DNA of 64,000 bases from the NCBI GenBank assembly GCA_951406725.2, contig OX597837.1, positions 35,216,001 to 35,280,000 of the forward strand, in the 5' to 3' direction. The DNA is from Octopus vulgaris (taxonomy: Eukaryota). A program made the position numbers and the translations under genes. The notes under the pieces are model-generated. The model was given only the letters and a program-made list of their open reading frames with translations. It had not been told where the DNA came from and searched no databases. Below, piece after piece: positions 28,399 through 40,249 of this stretch; the first letter of the stretch is position 1; each line of letters opens with the position of its first letter.

Positions 28399-29606
28399 CA
28401 GAGGTTGGACAAAAAAATGGAAACACCTTAAAATTTCAAACAAATTAATTTTAATTTGGAGTAAGACCGCCTTTGGCAGTAATTACAGCTTGAATCCTAT
28501 GATGTATGGACTTGTACAAAGTTTGAATTGTTTCCAAAGGAATTTTTGTCCATTCTTCAGCTAAAACAGTCTCCAGTTCTTATAGTGATGATGGTGGAGG
28601 ATATCGACTCCTTACTTGTTTTTCTAAAATGCACCATAAATGTTCGATAATATTGAGATCTGGGGACTGTGGTGGCCAGATAAGATGTTCAACTTTACTG
28701 GAATGTTCCTCTTGCCATTCAGTAACAACTTTAGCTGTGTGAATTGGTGCATTATCATCCTGAAAGAATGCATTTCTCTTCAGAAAGAGTTCCGCTACCA
28801 TAGGATGAATTTGATCAGATAAAATGCTTAAATAGTCTTGACTATTAATTCTGCCATGAAAGGAAACCATTGGGCCGGCAGATTTCCAAGATATAGCACC
28901 CCAGATCATCACAGATCCTCTTCCATGTTTAACAGTTGGAAGAAGGCAGTCTGGGTCAAATGCTTCTTTTGGCTGTCTCCACACATATACTCAGCCAGTG
29001 GTCAGAAATAAGGTAAAGGATGACTCATCTAATAAAATAACATTCTTCCACTGCTCTAGCGACCACGTTTCTTCTTGAAAGTTGTGGTTTTCTAATTGCA
29101 GCCCTCCCGTGAAATCTGGCTTTGTGCAGCTCCCAGCAAACAGTTTTTGTGGAAACTGGGTTCTTGAGGTGGTCATTAAGCTCTGCAGTAATTTTGGGAG
29201 CTGTACTTTTGTGATCCTTTCTAACAATTCACATAAGAGTCCAAAGTTTTGGTTTTCTTCTGGAGTTTTGTTTCGATGGGGAGATTTTTCTCTCTCAAAG
29301 GCTGTCATTATTTTCAAGACAGTACTTCTTGATACACCAAACATTTCAGCTGTTTTTGTTATGCTAGTGCCTGCCAAACAAGCACCAACAATTTGACCAC
29401 TTTGAAAGTCTGATAGATCCATCATTTTTATGAATTTTAATTACCTTTTTCTGATGAAATCTGAAAAGAAACAGCGATTTTAGCAAAACATATTAAACAA
29501 CACTAAAAATAAATCAAAAAACATAAAAGCAAGCAAGCTTTTAACGGTTTTGTAAATATTTCAAAATTATGATGCTAGGTGTTTCCATTATTTTGTCCAA
29601 CCCCTG
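28399..29606 (-). mobile_element. Tc1-like transposon, full length, transposase frameshifted
   Basis: TIRs CAGAGGTTGGACAAAAAAATGGAAACACCT / AGGTGTTTCCATTATTTTGTCCAACCCCTG; motifs DESSF, PTVKHG.GSVMIWG, FQDDNAPIH, WPPQSPDLNIIEHLW. Confidence 0.95.
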
Positions 29607-29612
29607 TATATC

Positions 29613-29657
<45 letters not shown>

Positions 29658-30184
29658 TATCTTTTATCTGTTTCAGTCATTAGACTGTGACCATGCTGGG
29701 GCACTGCCTTGGAGAACCTTTAGTCAACTAAATTGATCCCAAAACTTATTGCTCTCTTTTAAGCCTGGGTACTTATTCAATCAGTCTCTTTTTACTGAAC
29801 TGCAAAGTTACGGGGACATAAACACACCCACACCAGTTGTCAAACGGGGGGGGGGTACAAACACTGGCACAAAGACACACACATAAACACACATATATAT
29901 ATAATGGAAAAATTGTACAAAATGTATAAACAGCTGATGAGTAAAGCACCAGCACAGGTGAGGTTACCTGTTTTTATCCAGTTTCTTTGATTTTACTCAT
30001 TCTTGAATTTGATGGACATATAGCGGTATGTAAGCTGACCCAAGAAATCTCTAGTGAGACTTTTTTATTGTTGTATCCAAAGACACCCAGAATGATGGGT
30101 CAAAATGTGTTGTGCTCAATGAAATCTATTACACATTCCATCTCATATTTTATCAATACTATGTATTGTGTGTATATATCTATA

Positions 30185-30552
30185 TCTATATAAACGGCAG
30201 TTTGTCTGTGCGTGTTTCTGTGTGTCTGTTTTCTCGTACCCTCACCCTGACCACGGCTTTCAACCGATTCTGATGAAACTTGACACACACATAGTCCAAT
30301 GTCATAATTCAAAACTAACGCAGCGAAAATTTTGAAAAGTTCCCCCAGTTCTGAAAAAAATCGATAAATTCGACATGGGGTCGAGAATCAGAAACCCAAA
30401 CCACAGACCGTCTAGGGGACGCAACTCCACCTTTTTTAACTCTCAAAAAAAATTTACCATCATTTTTTTTCATTTTTTTGGCTATAACTCTCTAAAAATG
30501 CTTTATAGTTATTTCCCTTACAAACCTGAGCAACGCCGGGCGATACTGCTAG
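30185..30552 (+). mobile_element. Non-autonomous Helitron-like element
   Basis: 5' TCTATATA, subterminal imperfect hairpin CCTGAGCAACGCCGGG, 3' CTAG, flanked by A and T. Confidence 0.7.
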
Positions 30553-30588
<36 letters not shown>

Positions 30589-30829
30589 CAGTAAAAGCAA
30601 TTAAGATTCAAGTGAGTTCTATTGAATTCACATGAATGAGGTACTTAACTTAGATGCACCAAAAATCTATATGGTATTAACCATAAAATAATGTGGGGTC
30701 ATAATAAACAAGAAAAAAGCAACAAGAATGGATTAGTTTTTACTATCTAAATTTGCTTTTTATAGAACTATCTTCGATACTTCATGAGTGTAGCCTCACC
30801 CTCTAGGATGTTTGGAGAACTCATATGTG

Positions 30830-30921
30830 TTTTGACTGATGAATATGGGACACTTGTATTTGCTGCAATATTTGCAGCTTTTAATAAAGCTGTTCTTCAT
30901 ATGAAACAATTGTACTGAAAA
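30830..30921 (+). ncRNA. Hammerhead motif with long stem II
   Basis: TTTTGA-CTGATGA-ATATG...CATAT-GAAACAATTGTA-CTGAAAA; stem I imperfect; inverted repeat about 30709-30742 versus 30918-30950. Confidence 0.6.
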
Positions 30922-32167
30922 ACTAATCCATTCTTGTTGCTTTTTTCTTGTATATATATATATATATTGTATATATTGTATATACGATGGGCTTCTTTCA
31001 GTTTCTGTCTATGAAATCTGCTAAAGCTATAGCAGAGGACACTTGCTCAAGGTGCCACGCACTGGAACTGAACCTGGAACCATGTGGTTGGAAAGCCAGC
31101 TTCTTACCACACAGCAATTCTTGCACTGATATATATCATCGTCATTATCATCATCGTTTAACGTCCACTTTCCATGCTAGCATGGGTTGGGCGATTTGAC
31201 TGAGGACTGGCAAACCAGATGGCTGCATCAGGCTCCAATCTGATCTGGCAGAGTTTCTACAGCTGGATGCCCTTCCTAACACCAACCACTCTGAGAGTGT
31301 AGTGAGTGCTTTTATGTGCCACTGGCATAAGGGCCATTCAGGTGGTACTGGCAACGGTTACGCTCAAATGGTGCTTTTTATGTGCCACCTGCACAGGAGC
31401 CAAGGCGGTGAGCTAGCAGAAACATTAGCACACCAGGCGAAATGCTTACTGCTATTTCATCTGTCTTCACATTCTGAGTTCAAATTCCAGTGAGGTCGAC
31501 TTTGCCTTTCATCCTTTTGGGGTCGATAAATTAAGTACCAGTTGCGTACTGGTGGTTTGATCTAATCGATTGGCCCCCTCCCCAAAAATTTCAGGCCTTG
31601 TGCCTAGAGTAGAAATGATATGCATATATATAGGTCATTCTCTTTTTCATGCCTGTGTGAGAGTATGTCAGAGAGAGAGAGAGACATTGAGTGTGTGTTG
31701 GTAATTCTTCAGGTTAATTGGAGATTAGATTAACACAATTAAAACATAATACAATATAACTCACAAAATGGGATAATCCATGTACCACACTGGAGGACAA
31801 ACAGTAACACCTCCAATGAGATCCTTTCATTGAAATAGAATTGATGACAAAGGTCCCTAGCACCAGGGCCCTAGAAAGAAATACTATATAGCAAAAAGGA
31901 TTATTTTGGGGTCTCCAAGGAGATTTCCTTCCAAAATTCAAGTGGTTGTGGGCAATCAAGTCTTTTAGTTTTCTTCTTTTTGTTTGAGGAATGGGTCCAT
32001 CATTCATTTTCAGGGTTTCTCCTTGGTTCTCCATGCCCTTCACTAATGTAATGACATTAGACATCTTTTCTGAAGGCACACAAACCTGTTCCTATCTTGT
32101 AAACCCTTATTGAACAGATTTTTAGCTCATTTAGACTGTTCCTTTTCTTGAACCCTAATAGCATTTT

Positions 32168-32400
32168 ATGTGGAGGCGCGTGGCTTAGTGGTTAGGTTGT
32201 TGGACTCATGATCGTATAAGATTGTGGTATCAATTCCTGGACTGGGCAACGCATTGTGTTCTTGAGCAAAACACTTCATTTCACTCCAGGCCACTCAGCT
32301 GACAAGAATGAGTAATCCTGCAATGGACTGGTGTTCCGTCCAAGGGAGGAATATCTACACCATGAAACCGTAACTGGTGCATGACTTGAGGAGGTGTCTT
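32168..32400 (+). mobile_element. tRNA-derived SINE family C (V-domain-like)
   Basis: GGCGCGTGGCTTAGTGGTTAG head and TGTGTTCTTGAGCAAAACACTT body; related copies at 12240-12478(-), 25590-25930(-), 47092-47345(+), 48530-48700(-). Confidence 0.75.
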
Positions 32401-32420
32401 TATCTTTTTTTTTTTTACCT

Positions 32421-32648
32421 TTAACCCTTTCGTATTCAGATTATTTTGTCAAATGTTATGTATTTTTATTGACATTGTTTATAATTAATCATGCTTTATT
32501 TTGTAGCTATAAAGTTTTCATGATGAGATTGTATATTTCTAGAATGGCATTGAAGGGTAGGTGTAATAGGTTGGATCTGACTAGTTAGAGCATAAAACAG
32601 GAAGCATATTTGGGCTGGATATGGCCTGTTTAAATACTAAAGGATTAA
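32421..32648. mobile_element. piggyBac-type MITE (diverged)
   Basis: TTAA-CCCTTT...AAAGGA-TTAA. Confidence 0.6.
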
Positions 32649-32739
32649 TAGCATTTTATGAACTTTACCGAAACAGTGAGTAAATAAACAAATTCCTGAG
32701 GGAGCCTCGATGCTAGCATTTCTTGATTTACATAGCATC

Positions 32740-33016
32740 ATATAATTCTAAAAAGGGTTATGGAATACTTCTGAAAGGGCTGCAGTATACATCTGAAAGG
32801 GATGTGATATACTTCTCATAAGATTTGTGCAATAGTCCTGAAAGGGCTGTGGTATATTCCTAAAAAGGGTTGTGGAATACTTCTGAAAGGATCCTGAAAG
32901 ACCTGCAGTAAACATCTGAAAGGGATGTGGTATATTTTTAAAAGAATGATGGTATAGTTTTAAAAATGGTCATGGTATACTTCTGAAAGAGCCATGGTAT
33001 TGTTTTAAAAGGGTTG
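32740..33016. repeat. Degenerate 22-23-bp minisatellite
   Basis: About 12 diverged copies of ATACTTCTGAAAGGGCTGTGGT. Confidence 0.75.
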
Positions 33017-33954
33017 AAGAGACAGACATTTTATCTTTCAAAATATTCGATAGAATGTTAAAAAGTTCATAAACACTATCTATACACAACATTTACTGAG
33101 AACTATTCACACACACACACACACACACACACAGCACTGGATTAACCTTTAAGCAAAATAAGTACATGCTTAGGACATGAAAAGAAGTGGGGCACCATAG
33201 AAATGGTAAATGGTCTACAGCACAAAAGAAATCACTTCAACCCTGCTGAAATAGTATTCCAAGTGGTTTATATAATCGGAAATATAATTTCGAAGTGTTC
33301 ATGGCGTCATAGTGAGGATCTAATCAAAGATTTTGTAATTAAAAAAAAAAATGTATAAGAAAACTTTTCAAATATAAATAAAATGGAAGAAGACGAAAAA
33401 CAAATATTATATTCCATCTAACTGGTAGTTTTGTTGCACTTTGGTAAATGAAAATATATTATAATAGCACTATGACCCGGCGTTGCCAGGTCATAGTGCT
33501 AGTGCATGCATATACAGTTGCGTGCGTGTGCACATATATGCGAGTACTGTCCAAATCTCCGACCAATCACATACAGCTAGCTGGCATTCAATTGGCGTAT
33601 CAAGTTTCGAGCATTTTGGTTGGGTTTTGGATAGAAAATTCACAAAAAAGTCACTTCTATTATTTTATAATGGCTTTGCAGGGTGACTGGGGAAATGTAA
33701 AGATGTGCACGATCACTCTTGGACGGTTTTGTGTGCGTTTGTGTGTGTCCCCCTAGCATTGCTGGTGTGTTTACGTCCCCGTATCTTAGCGGTTCAGCAA
33801 AAAGGACCGATAGAATAAGTACTAGGCTTACAGAGAATAAGTCCTGGGGTCGATTTGCTCGACTAAAAGCGGTGCTCCAGCATGGCCACAGTCAAATGAC
33901 TGAATCAAGTAAAAGAAAGAGAGGGGAAAGGCAACAATCAAGTTTGTGTAAGAA

Positions 33955-34860
33955 GTGGACCTGAGGGAGAAAGACTGAAGTTTCCTTCCCCCCCAGCTTG
34001 TCCAATGGCCAGATGTCGTTCTATGGTCAGAAAAGGCAAAGGAAATAATCACAAACAAGTTTACAGTCCTGTGTGAAGAACGGTGCAATCAGGCCTACAA
34101 ATTGAAGTGCACCATGTACAAGATCCTTCTACAGCGGTGAGTTGGCAGAATTGTTAGCACGCCGGGCTAAATGCTTTGTGGTATTTCGTCTGCCGTTACG
34201 TTCTGAGTTCAAATTCCACTGAGCTCGACTTTGTCTTTCATCCTTTCGGGGTCAATAAATTAAGTACCAGTTACACACTGGGGTCGATGTAATCGACTTA
34301 ATACCTATGTCTGTCCTTGTTTGTCCCCTCTGTGTTTAACTCCTTGTGGGTAATAAAGAAATAGGTATTTCGTCTGCCGTTACATTCTGAGTTCAAATTC
34401 CGCTGAGCTCGACTGTCTTTTAACCTTTCGGGGTTGAAAAATTAAGTACCAGTTACGCACTGGGGTCGATGTAATCGATTTAATCCCTTTGTCTGTCCTT
34501 GTTTGTCCCCTCTATGTTTAGCCCCTTGTGGACAATAAAGAAATAAGATCCTTCTACAGGATTACAGGGAGAAGGGATGGCAGGCATGGCTTTGCCCAGT
34601 CGAGGTTGGCTGTAGGGGGTACCTGGACCAGTCAGTATAGAGGATGCTTACAGACACCGGAATAAGGGGAAAAAGAGTGAAGGATGGTTGTGAGTGGGAT
34701 GGGAGAAGCAGCAGAAAGAACCCCTTGCTGATGGAGCAGGGGAGAGGAGTTGAGCAGGAAGCCAAGAGGAGATGATGAGCAGTGAGATGGCCACCTCTGC
34801 TGACTCACTAACAGGAGGATGTTACGGTCCAGGGTTGAAACACCTTATGATTTTTGGATA
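33955..34860 (+). mobile_element. Decayed non-LTR retrotransposon restriction-like endonuclease domain (HERO-like), split by a SINE dimer
   Basis: PDVVLWSEKAKEII...YQDLLQ|DYREKGWQAWLCPVEVGCRGY; SINE insertion flanked by a 15-bp TSD AAGATCCTTCTACAG (34120-34134, 34545-34559). Confidence 0.75.
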
Positions 34861-35020
34861 CTGTCTGATGATATCAGTTACTCCTGGCCAAAGTTCCATT
34901 CACCTTGGTGAGTGTTAAAGAAGTGCTTTCTTCAGGTGTTTTGTTTACACATTTTCGATATCAGTGTCTGGAAAAAAGATATGTATTTGTGAAGGGAACC
35001 TACTTTTCATCGACAACTGT

Positions 35021-35454
35021 GATTGTCACACGCCGATGACGGGTCAATACCCAGAAACTCGAGTCCGTGTGTATTATAAGTTGAAGAAGGGAAGGATGGC
35101 TTCCCTTTGCAAATACTGATAGGGCACAGATTGTCACACACCGATGACGGGTCAATACTCAGAAACTCGAGTCTGTGTGTATCATAAGTTGAAGAAGGGA
35201 AGGATGGCTTCCCTTTGCAAATACTGATAGGGCACAGATTGTCACACACCGATGACGGGTCAATACCCAGAAACTCGAGTCTGTGTGTATCATAAGTTGA
35301 AGACGGGAAGGATGGCTTCCCTTTGCAAAAACTGATAGGGCACAGATTGTCACACGCCGATGACGGGTCAATATCCAGAAACTCGAGTCCGTGTGTATCA
35401 TAAGTTGAAGACAGGAAGGATGGCTTCCCTTTGCAAATACTGATAGGGCACAGA
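35021..35454 (+). ncRNA. Tandem array of 4 x 108-bp units, each with a type I hammerhead ribozyme fold (retrozyme-like)
   Basis: Units start at 35021, 35129, 35237 and 35345. Each reads CACACR-CCGATGA-C-GGGT-CAAT-ACCC-A-GAAA-CTCGAG-TC-YGTGTG; stem I G-C/A-U covaries between units. Confidence 0.8.
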
Positions 35455-36327
35455 AAGTGTGTCTATAGCCAGCTGGAGGAGGTGTCCTCCTGGGGCTACA
35501 AACTACAGTAGCATCCACCCTTAGGGGTTAGCCATATTTAAATGGTAAATATATGTCACGAATAATAAAGTTGTTTTATTAAATTCTTCATTATTTTCAA
35601 AATTAATCGAAACAGGTGAAATAGATTTCAAGAGAAAAATGCTAATGAAAAGGTTAAATGTCCATACAATAAAGTCTTGATGAAATAAGAAATATGATAG
35701 TCCATACCCTTCTATAAAGAAGCCAACTCTTCATCATTCATGAATAAGACTTGGTAGCAGGTACCATGCTTTCAACAATTGTTTTAGGTGCCTGTGTAAT
35801 CCCAAGCAGACATAGCCATCTTCCTGACCCTTTGAGTCGACGGTACATCCAGGATGTGACAGTGAAGGGCTAGGGGAAGAGAGAGATGGAGAAACAGAGG
35901 TGGGGAGAGAGAAAAGGAGAGAGGGAGAGAGAGTAAGAAACAGAGGGGAAGAGAGAGAGAGGGAGAGAGAGAAAGAGAAACAGACAGAGGGAGAGAGAGA
36001 AACAGAAGCAGAGAGAGGGAGAGAAAAACAGAAACAGAGAGAGAGAGAGAGTTGCACAATCAGTCACCTGGTGGTCCTTCCAGCTGAGTACACTGATACG
36101 GTGTGGAAAGGTGTGTCTTGCTTAAGACTACAACATGCTGCCTGGCTCAGGAAATGAACCCACAACATAAAGATAGTGAGGCAATCACCCTAACCACATG
36201 CTTTCTACCTTTCAATAAAGTTTGCTAAAATAAAAGGCATTTAAATGTTGTAACTGTTTAATCTTTGGGTTGTTTCTATAAATTAGAAATACTTGCGTTG
36301 AGAATGAACAGAATTTTAAATCTCTCA

Positions 36328-36745
36328 CTCTTTTCTCTCTTTTACTTGTTTCAGTCGTTTGACTGTGGCTATGCTGGAGCACCACCTTTAATCGAGCAAC
36401 TCGACCCCGGGACTTATTCTTTTGTAAGCCCAGTACTTATTCTATCGGTCTCTTTTGCCGAACCGCTAAGTAACAGGGACATAAACACACCAGCATCGGT
36501 TGTCAAGCAATGCTAGGGGGACAAACACAGACACACAAACACACACATGCATATATATATATATATATATACATATATACGACAGGCTTCTTTCAGTTTC
36601 CGTCTACCAAATCCATTCACAAGGCTTTGGTCGGCCCGAGGCTATAGTAGAAGACACTTGCCCAAGGTGCCACGCAGTGGGACTGAACCTGGAACCATGT
36701 GGTTGGTAAACAAGCTACTTACCACACAGCCACTCTTGCGCCTGT
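36328..36745 (-). mobile_element. SINE family A
   Basis: Full-length reverse copy. Confidence 0.9.
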
Positions 36746-38047
36746 TGGTAAATTCTTTGAAAACCGATTTTGGTAGGTGTTCTTTCGTTTTATGATCAGA
36801 AAGTGAAAATAGGAATACTAACACTATTCACCAATGTCCAGGCAGACATGGTCAAATATGTTCTTCACCAAAACTGTTTTTTTTAGCCCCTAAAGTTTCT
36901 TAGGAATTCTATGTTTAGAATAACAAAACAATAGAGATTGTGATTTTGAGGGGGAAAAAAAGCTTTTCAAGTTTTTTTACTCCCTCCACCTTTACGAAAA
37001 GAAACTGTTTTAAATTTGTTTTGAAAATCTTTTTGTAAATTCCATATTTAAAAATACGAAATTATGATTCTGGTGAAAAAAAACATTTTTTTCAAAAATT
37101 TTATTTCATTACTTAAATTTTCTACTTTCACTTTGTAATCATAAACCGAAAGATTACTCACGTAATTTTCAATTTTATGATGTTGTAAAAGCCATAAAGT
37201 TTTTGAATTGTTTCTACAAGAACATAATGGTGATTCCATATGGCCTATTCCATAATGGAATATCATCTAGAAGAATATGACCCTTAACATGGCCAACAGA
37301 TTTCTAATGAATAATTTCTTGGATTTTTTTTTTAAAGATGAAGCCAGTGCTGCCTCGACTGGCTTCCGTGCAGGTGGCACGTAAAATGCACCAATCCGAC
37401 CGTGGCCGATGCCAGCCTCGCCTGGCACCAGTGCAGGTGGCATGTAAAAAGCACCCACTACACTCACGTAGTGGTTGGCGTTAAGAAGGGCATCCAGCTG
37501 TAGAAACATTGCCAGATAAGACTGGAGCCTGGTGCAGCCTTCTGGCTTCCCAGATCCCCGGTCGAACCGTCCAACCCATGCTAGCATGGAGAACAGACGT
37601 TAAACGATGATGATGATAATGATGAAATTGAAGTTGATGCAAAATGATTGACTGACCAAAACGATTTACGATGGTGAAAAAGTTGGGGGGGTGCTGACCT
37701 GCTAAATATAACAACCAACAAATCTCACTCAAATCACACAAAATAATAAATAAAAGATCACATTTGATAATTTAATAGTAGAGACCTCCACCCAACAGAA
37801 AAAAAAAACAGGAAGGTCATAGTTGGGTTGCCTTTGATCATAGGCTCCCCACATGAGCAGAGTTGATTTGTGACCAAACAACACCAAATATCCCAAAGAT
37901 GGATTCTGATTTGGCGAGCACAGGACAATGCCATCGACCCCAGTACTTGACTGGTACTTTATTTCATCAATCTCGGAGGATGAAAAGCAAAGCTGACCTT
38001 GGCTGGATTTGAACACAGAAACAAAGAGCCGGCATAAAAAAAACGTG

Positions 38048-38457
38048 GGATCTTTTCGGTTTGAACGGCAGTTTTTAACATAATTTCTAGGTAACTAAAG
38101 AATTTTAAACTTCGTGTACTGGTAGAATGTGTTTATAAAACATCTTTTTCTCTTGGCTTTATTGAGAAAATTCTATAGTTTGTAAGATATTTGTCGTTTT
38201 TTTTCTTCAATTTCTGAAATTTCAACCAATCAATGACGTGTATTGAGGTGAAAAACATTCTGTGCCGTATGAATATGTCCCTCGTTTAAGAAACAGATTG
38301 GGTTTATTTACATTTGTGAAGAAAAAAAGATACCCTTTCCCCACCCCTAACCCTAAAACAGATTGAAATGCAATAGATCGATACTAGGGTCATAATTATG
38401 GGTGACAATTTCATATGACACCGCTAGAAAAAACTGCCGTTCGAACCGAAAAGATCC
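38048..38457. mobile_element. MITE with 8-bp TSD (Merlin-like GG termini)
   Basis: TIR GGATCTTTTCGGTTTGAACGGCAGTTTTT / AAAAACTGCCGTTCGAACCGAAAAGATCC; perfect TSD AAAACGTG; inserted in a SINE. Confidence 0.85.
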
Positions 38458-38625
38458 AAAACGTGCGATATTTTTTGATGTTGCTCTAATGATTCCGCCA
38501 TCTCGTAACTTTTAATATCTGAGAAGTGAACGCTAATAAACGAGAAATGTCCATGTACTTACATTTTAAGTACATTGTACTTGTTTATAAAACAAGTACA
38601 AGGTCGGAAGTTTATGAGAAGAGTG

Positions 38626-38762
38626 CAGGGCCGGCCCTAGGGTTTGCCGGCGCCTAGGGCAAGCTGAACTTCGGCGTGTACAAGCTGCCTTCCTTGTCTT
38701 CGTCACGCGTACATGGCGCCTCGGGCGATTGACCGAGTTGCCGGTACCTTGAGCCGGCCTTG
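38626..38762. mobile_element. Short GC-rich hAT-type MITE
   Basis: CAGGGCCGGC...GCCGGCCTTG ends, imperfect 8-bp flanks GAAGAGTG/GAAGAATA. Confidence 0.6.
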
Positions 38763-38829
38763 GAAGAATATTAGTCGATACAACGGGCTAATACTTTATT
38801 TTATCGACCTTATAGGATGAAAGGCAATG

Positions 38830-39256
38830 GGCAATCTTTCGTCTCTAGTGGGCCTTTCCGTCGATTTCCGTAAAAAAAAATTTTTTTTTTTTACATATGG
38901 GCTTGCGGGAACTTTTGAAGTAATGAGAGCGAAAGAGACTAAGAGAAAGCGATTGTATGACGAGGGAAGTTCTTTTGAAGTTACCGTGCATGGGAAGCAT
39001 TGATGTACATGTGTGTGTGTGTGTGTGTTTGATGGGGTGTGGGAGACAGACAGTATGTTATGTAAGTGAAGTGCTTCTGTTAGTGTGTGTGAAGAGACAG
39101 AGTAATGTGTGAAAGAAAGAGATAACTGAAATTTTTTACTCGGTGTATGTGTATATGTATGTATATTACTTCAAAAGTTCCCGCAAGCCCATATGTAAAA
39201 AAAAAAAAATTTTTACGGAAATCGACGGAAAGGTCTACTAGAGACGAAAGATCGCC
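38830..39256. mobile_element. MITE with about 95-bp TIRs
   Basis: GGCAATCTTTCGTCTCTAGT...GAAGTAAT mirrored at 39165-39256; AGGCAATG on both flanks. Confidence 0.8.
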
Positions 39257-39416
39257 AGGCAGGCAATGTCAGCCTCTGTAAGAATTGAACTCAGAACGAA
39301 AAGAACTAGAACAAATATCACAAAGCATTTTGACTGAGGCTGGCCCTTTACTCAGAGTTCAAATCCAGCAGAGATCGATTTTTGTCTTTCATTCTTCCAG
39401 TATCGGTAAAATAAAG

Positions 39417-39752
39417 GGCTATCTTTTGGGGTTAGTCGTCCCTATCTCATGGAGATATCTCTTTCTTTCACACATTACTCTGTCTCTTCACACACACTAA
39501 CAGAAGCACTTCACTTACACAACATACTGTCTGTCTCCCACATCCCATCAAACACACACACACACACACACACACATGTACATCAATGCTCCCATGCACG
39601 GCAACTTCAAAAGAACTTCCCTCGTCATACAATCGCTTTCTCTTAGTCTCTTTCGCTCTCATTACTTCAAAAGTTCCCGCAAGCCCATGTGTAAAAAAAA
39701 AAATTTTTTTACGGAAATCGACGGAAAGGCCTACTAGAGACGAAAGACTGCC
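39417..39752. mobile_element. Related MITE copy in inverted orientation with one different end
   Basis: About 39455-39752 is the reverse complement of 38830-39125; left end GGCTATCTTTT. Confidence 0.75.
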
Positions 39753-39769
39753 TATATATTTTTTATTTT

Positions 39770-40050
39770 ATATATTTTATCTAGTTTCAGCTCACGAGCT
39801 GTGGCCATGCTGGGGCACCGCCATTCGGTGTTGCTACATGATTTTACTTCACGAATGCCTTTTAGCAATTGCCATTTGGTGTATGAGAGAGTTCGATGCA
39901 GCTGCCCTCACCTGCACCTCCTGCCGTGAAGTTGGTTCATCTGGGACACCTGACAGAAAGAGATCCAGTTTTATTTTAAAGACATCTGCATCCAACCCAT
40001 GCAGGTCGTCTCTCAGGTCCTTCGGGAGGATATTGAAGAGCTGTGGACCT
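39770..40050 (-). mobile_element. CR1/L2-group LINE 3' end sharing its tail with the major SINE
   Basis: GPQLFNILPKDLRD....DVFKIKLDLFLSGVPDEP....RAAASNSL; 3' UTR GGCGGTGCCCCAGCATGGCCACAG...CTGAAACTAG. Confidence 0.8.
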
Positions 40051-40249
40051 TATTATTATTGTTGTTGTTGTTATTATACTGGTGTTTGTTTCGATATAAG
40101 ACTGAAAAAAAAATCGACCCTGTTAGTAAAAAAAAAATAATAAAATTGGGCCTGGGTTTGCATCCCCAAAGCAAATTCCGTTTCCATACTTAGGACTGTC
40201 TCTCTGGCTCTACAGTCTTTGTTTCCTCACAAGTTTCTTGAGGATTCTC

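Noticed and set aside
30269-30280. CTGATGAAAC in the Helitron-like element
   Set aside because: No room for stem II; not a hammerhead.
31714-32079. 121-aa minus-strand ORF in unique-looking sequence
   Set aside because: No motif I can recognise; probably a decayed repeat.
35007-35518. Repetitive ORFs over the 108-bp array; also considered as a CRISPR array
   Set aside because: Units are whole tandem copies with no unique spacers and no cas genes. Substitutions fit RNA pairing rather than codons.
38344-38356. Telomere-like CCCTAACCCTAA
   Set aside because: Only two units, internal to a MITE.
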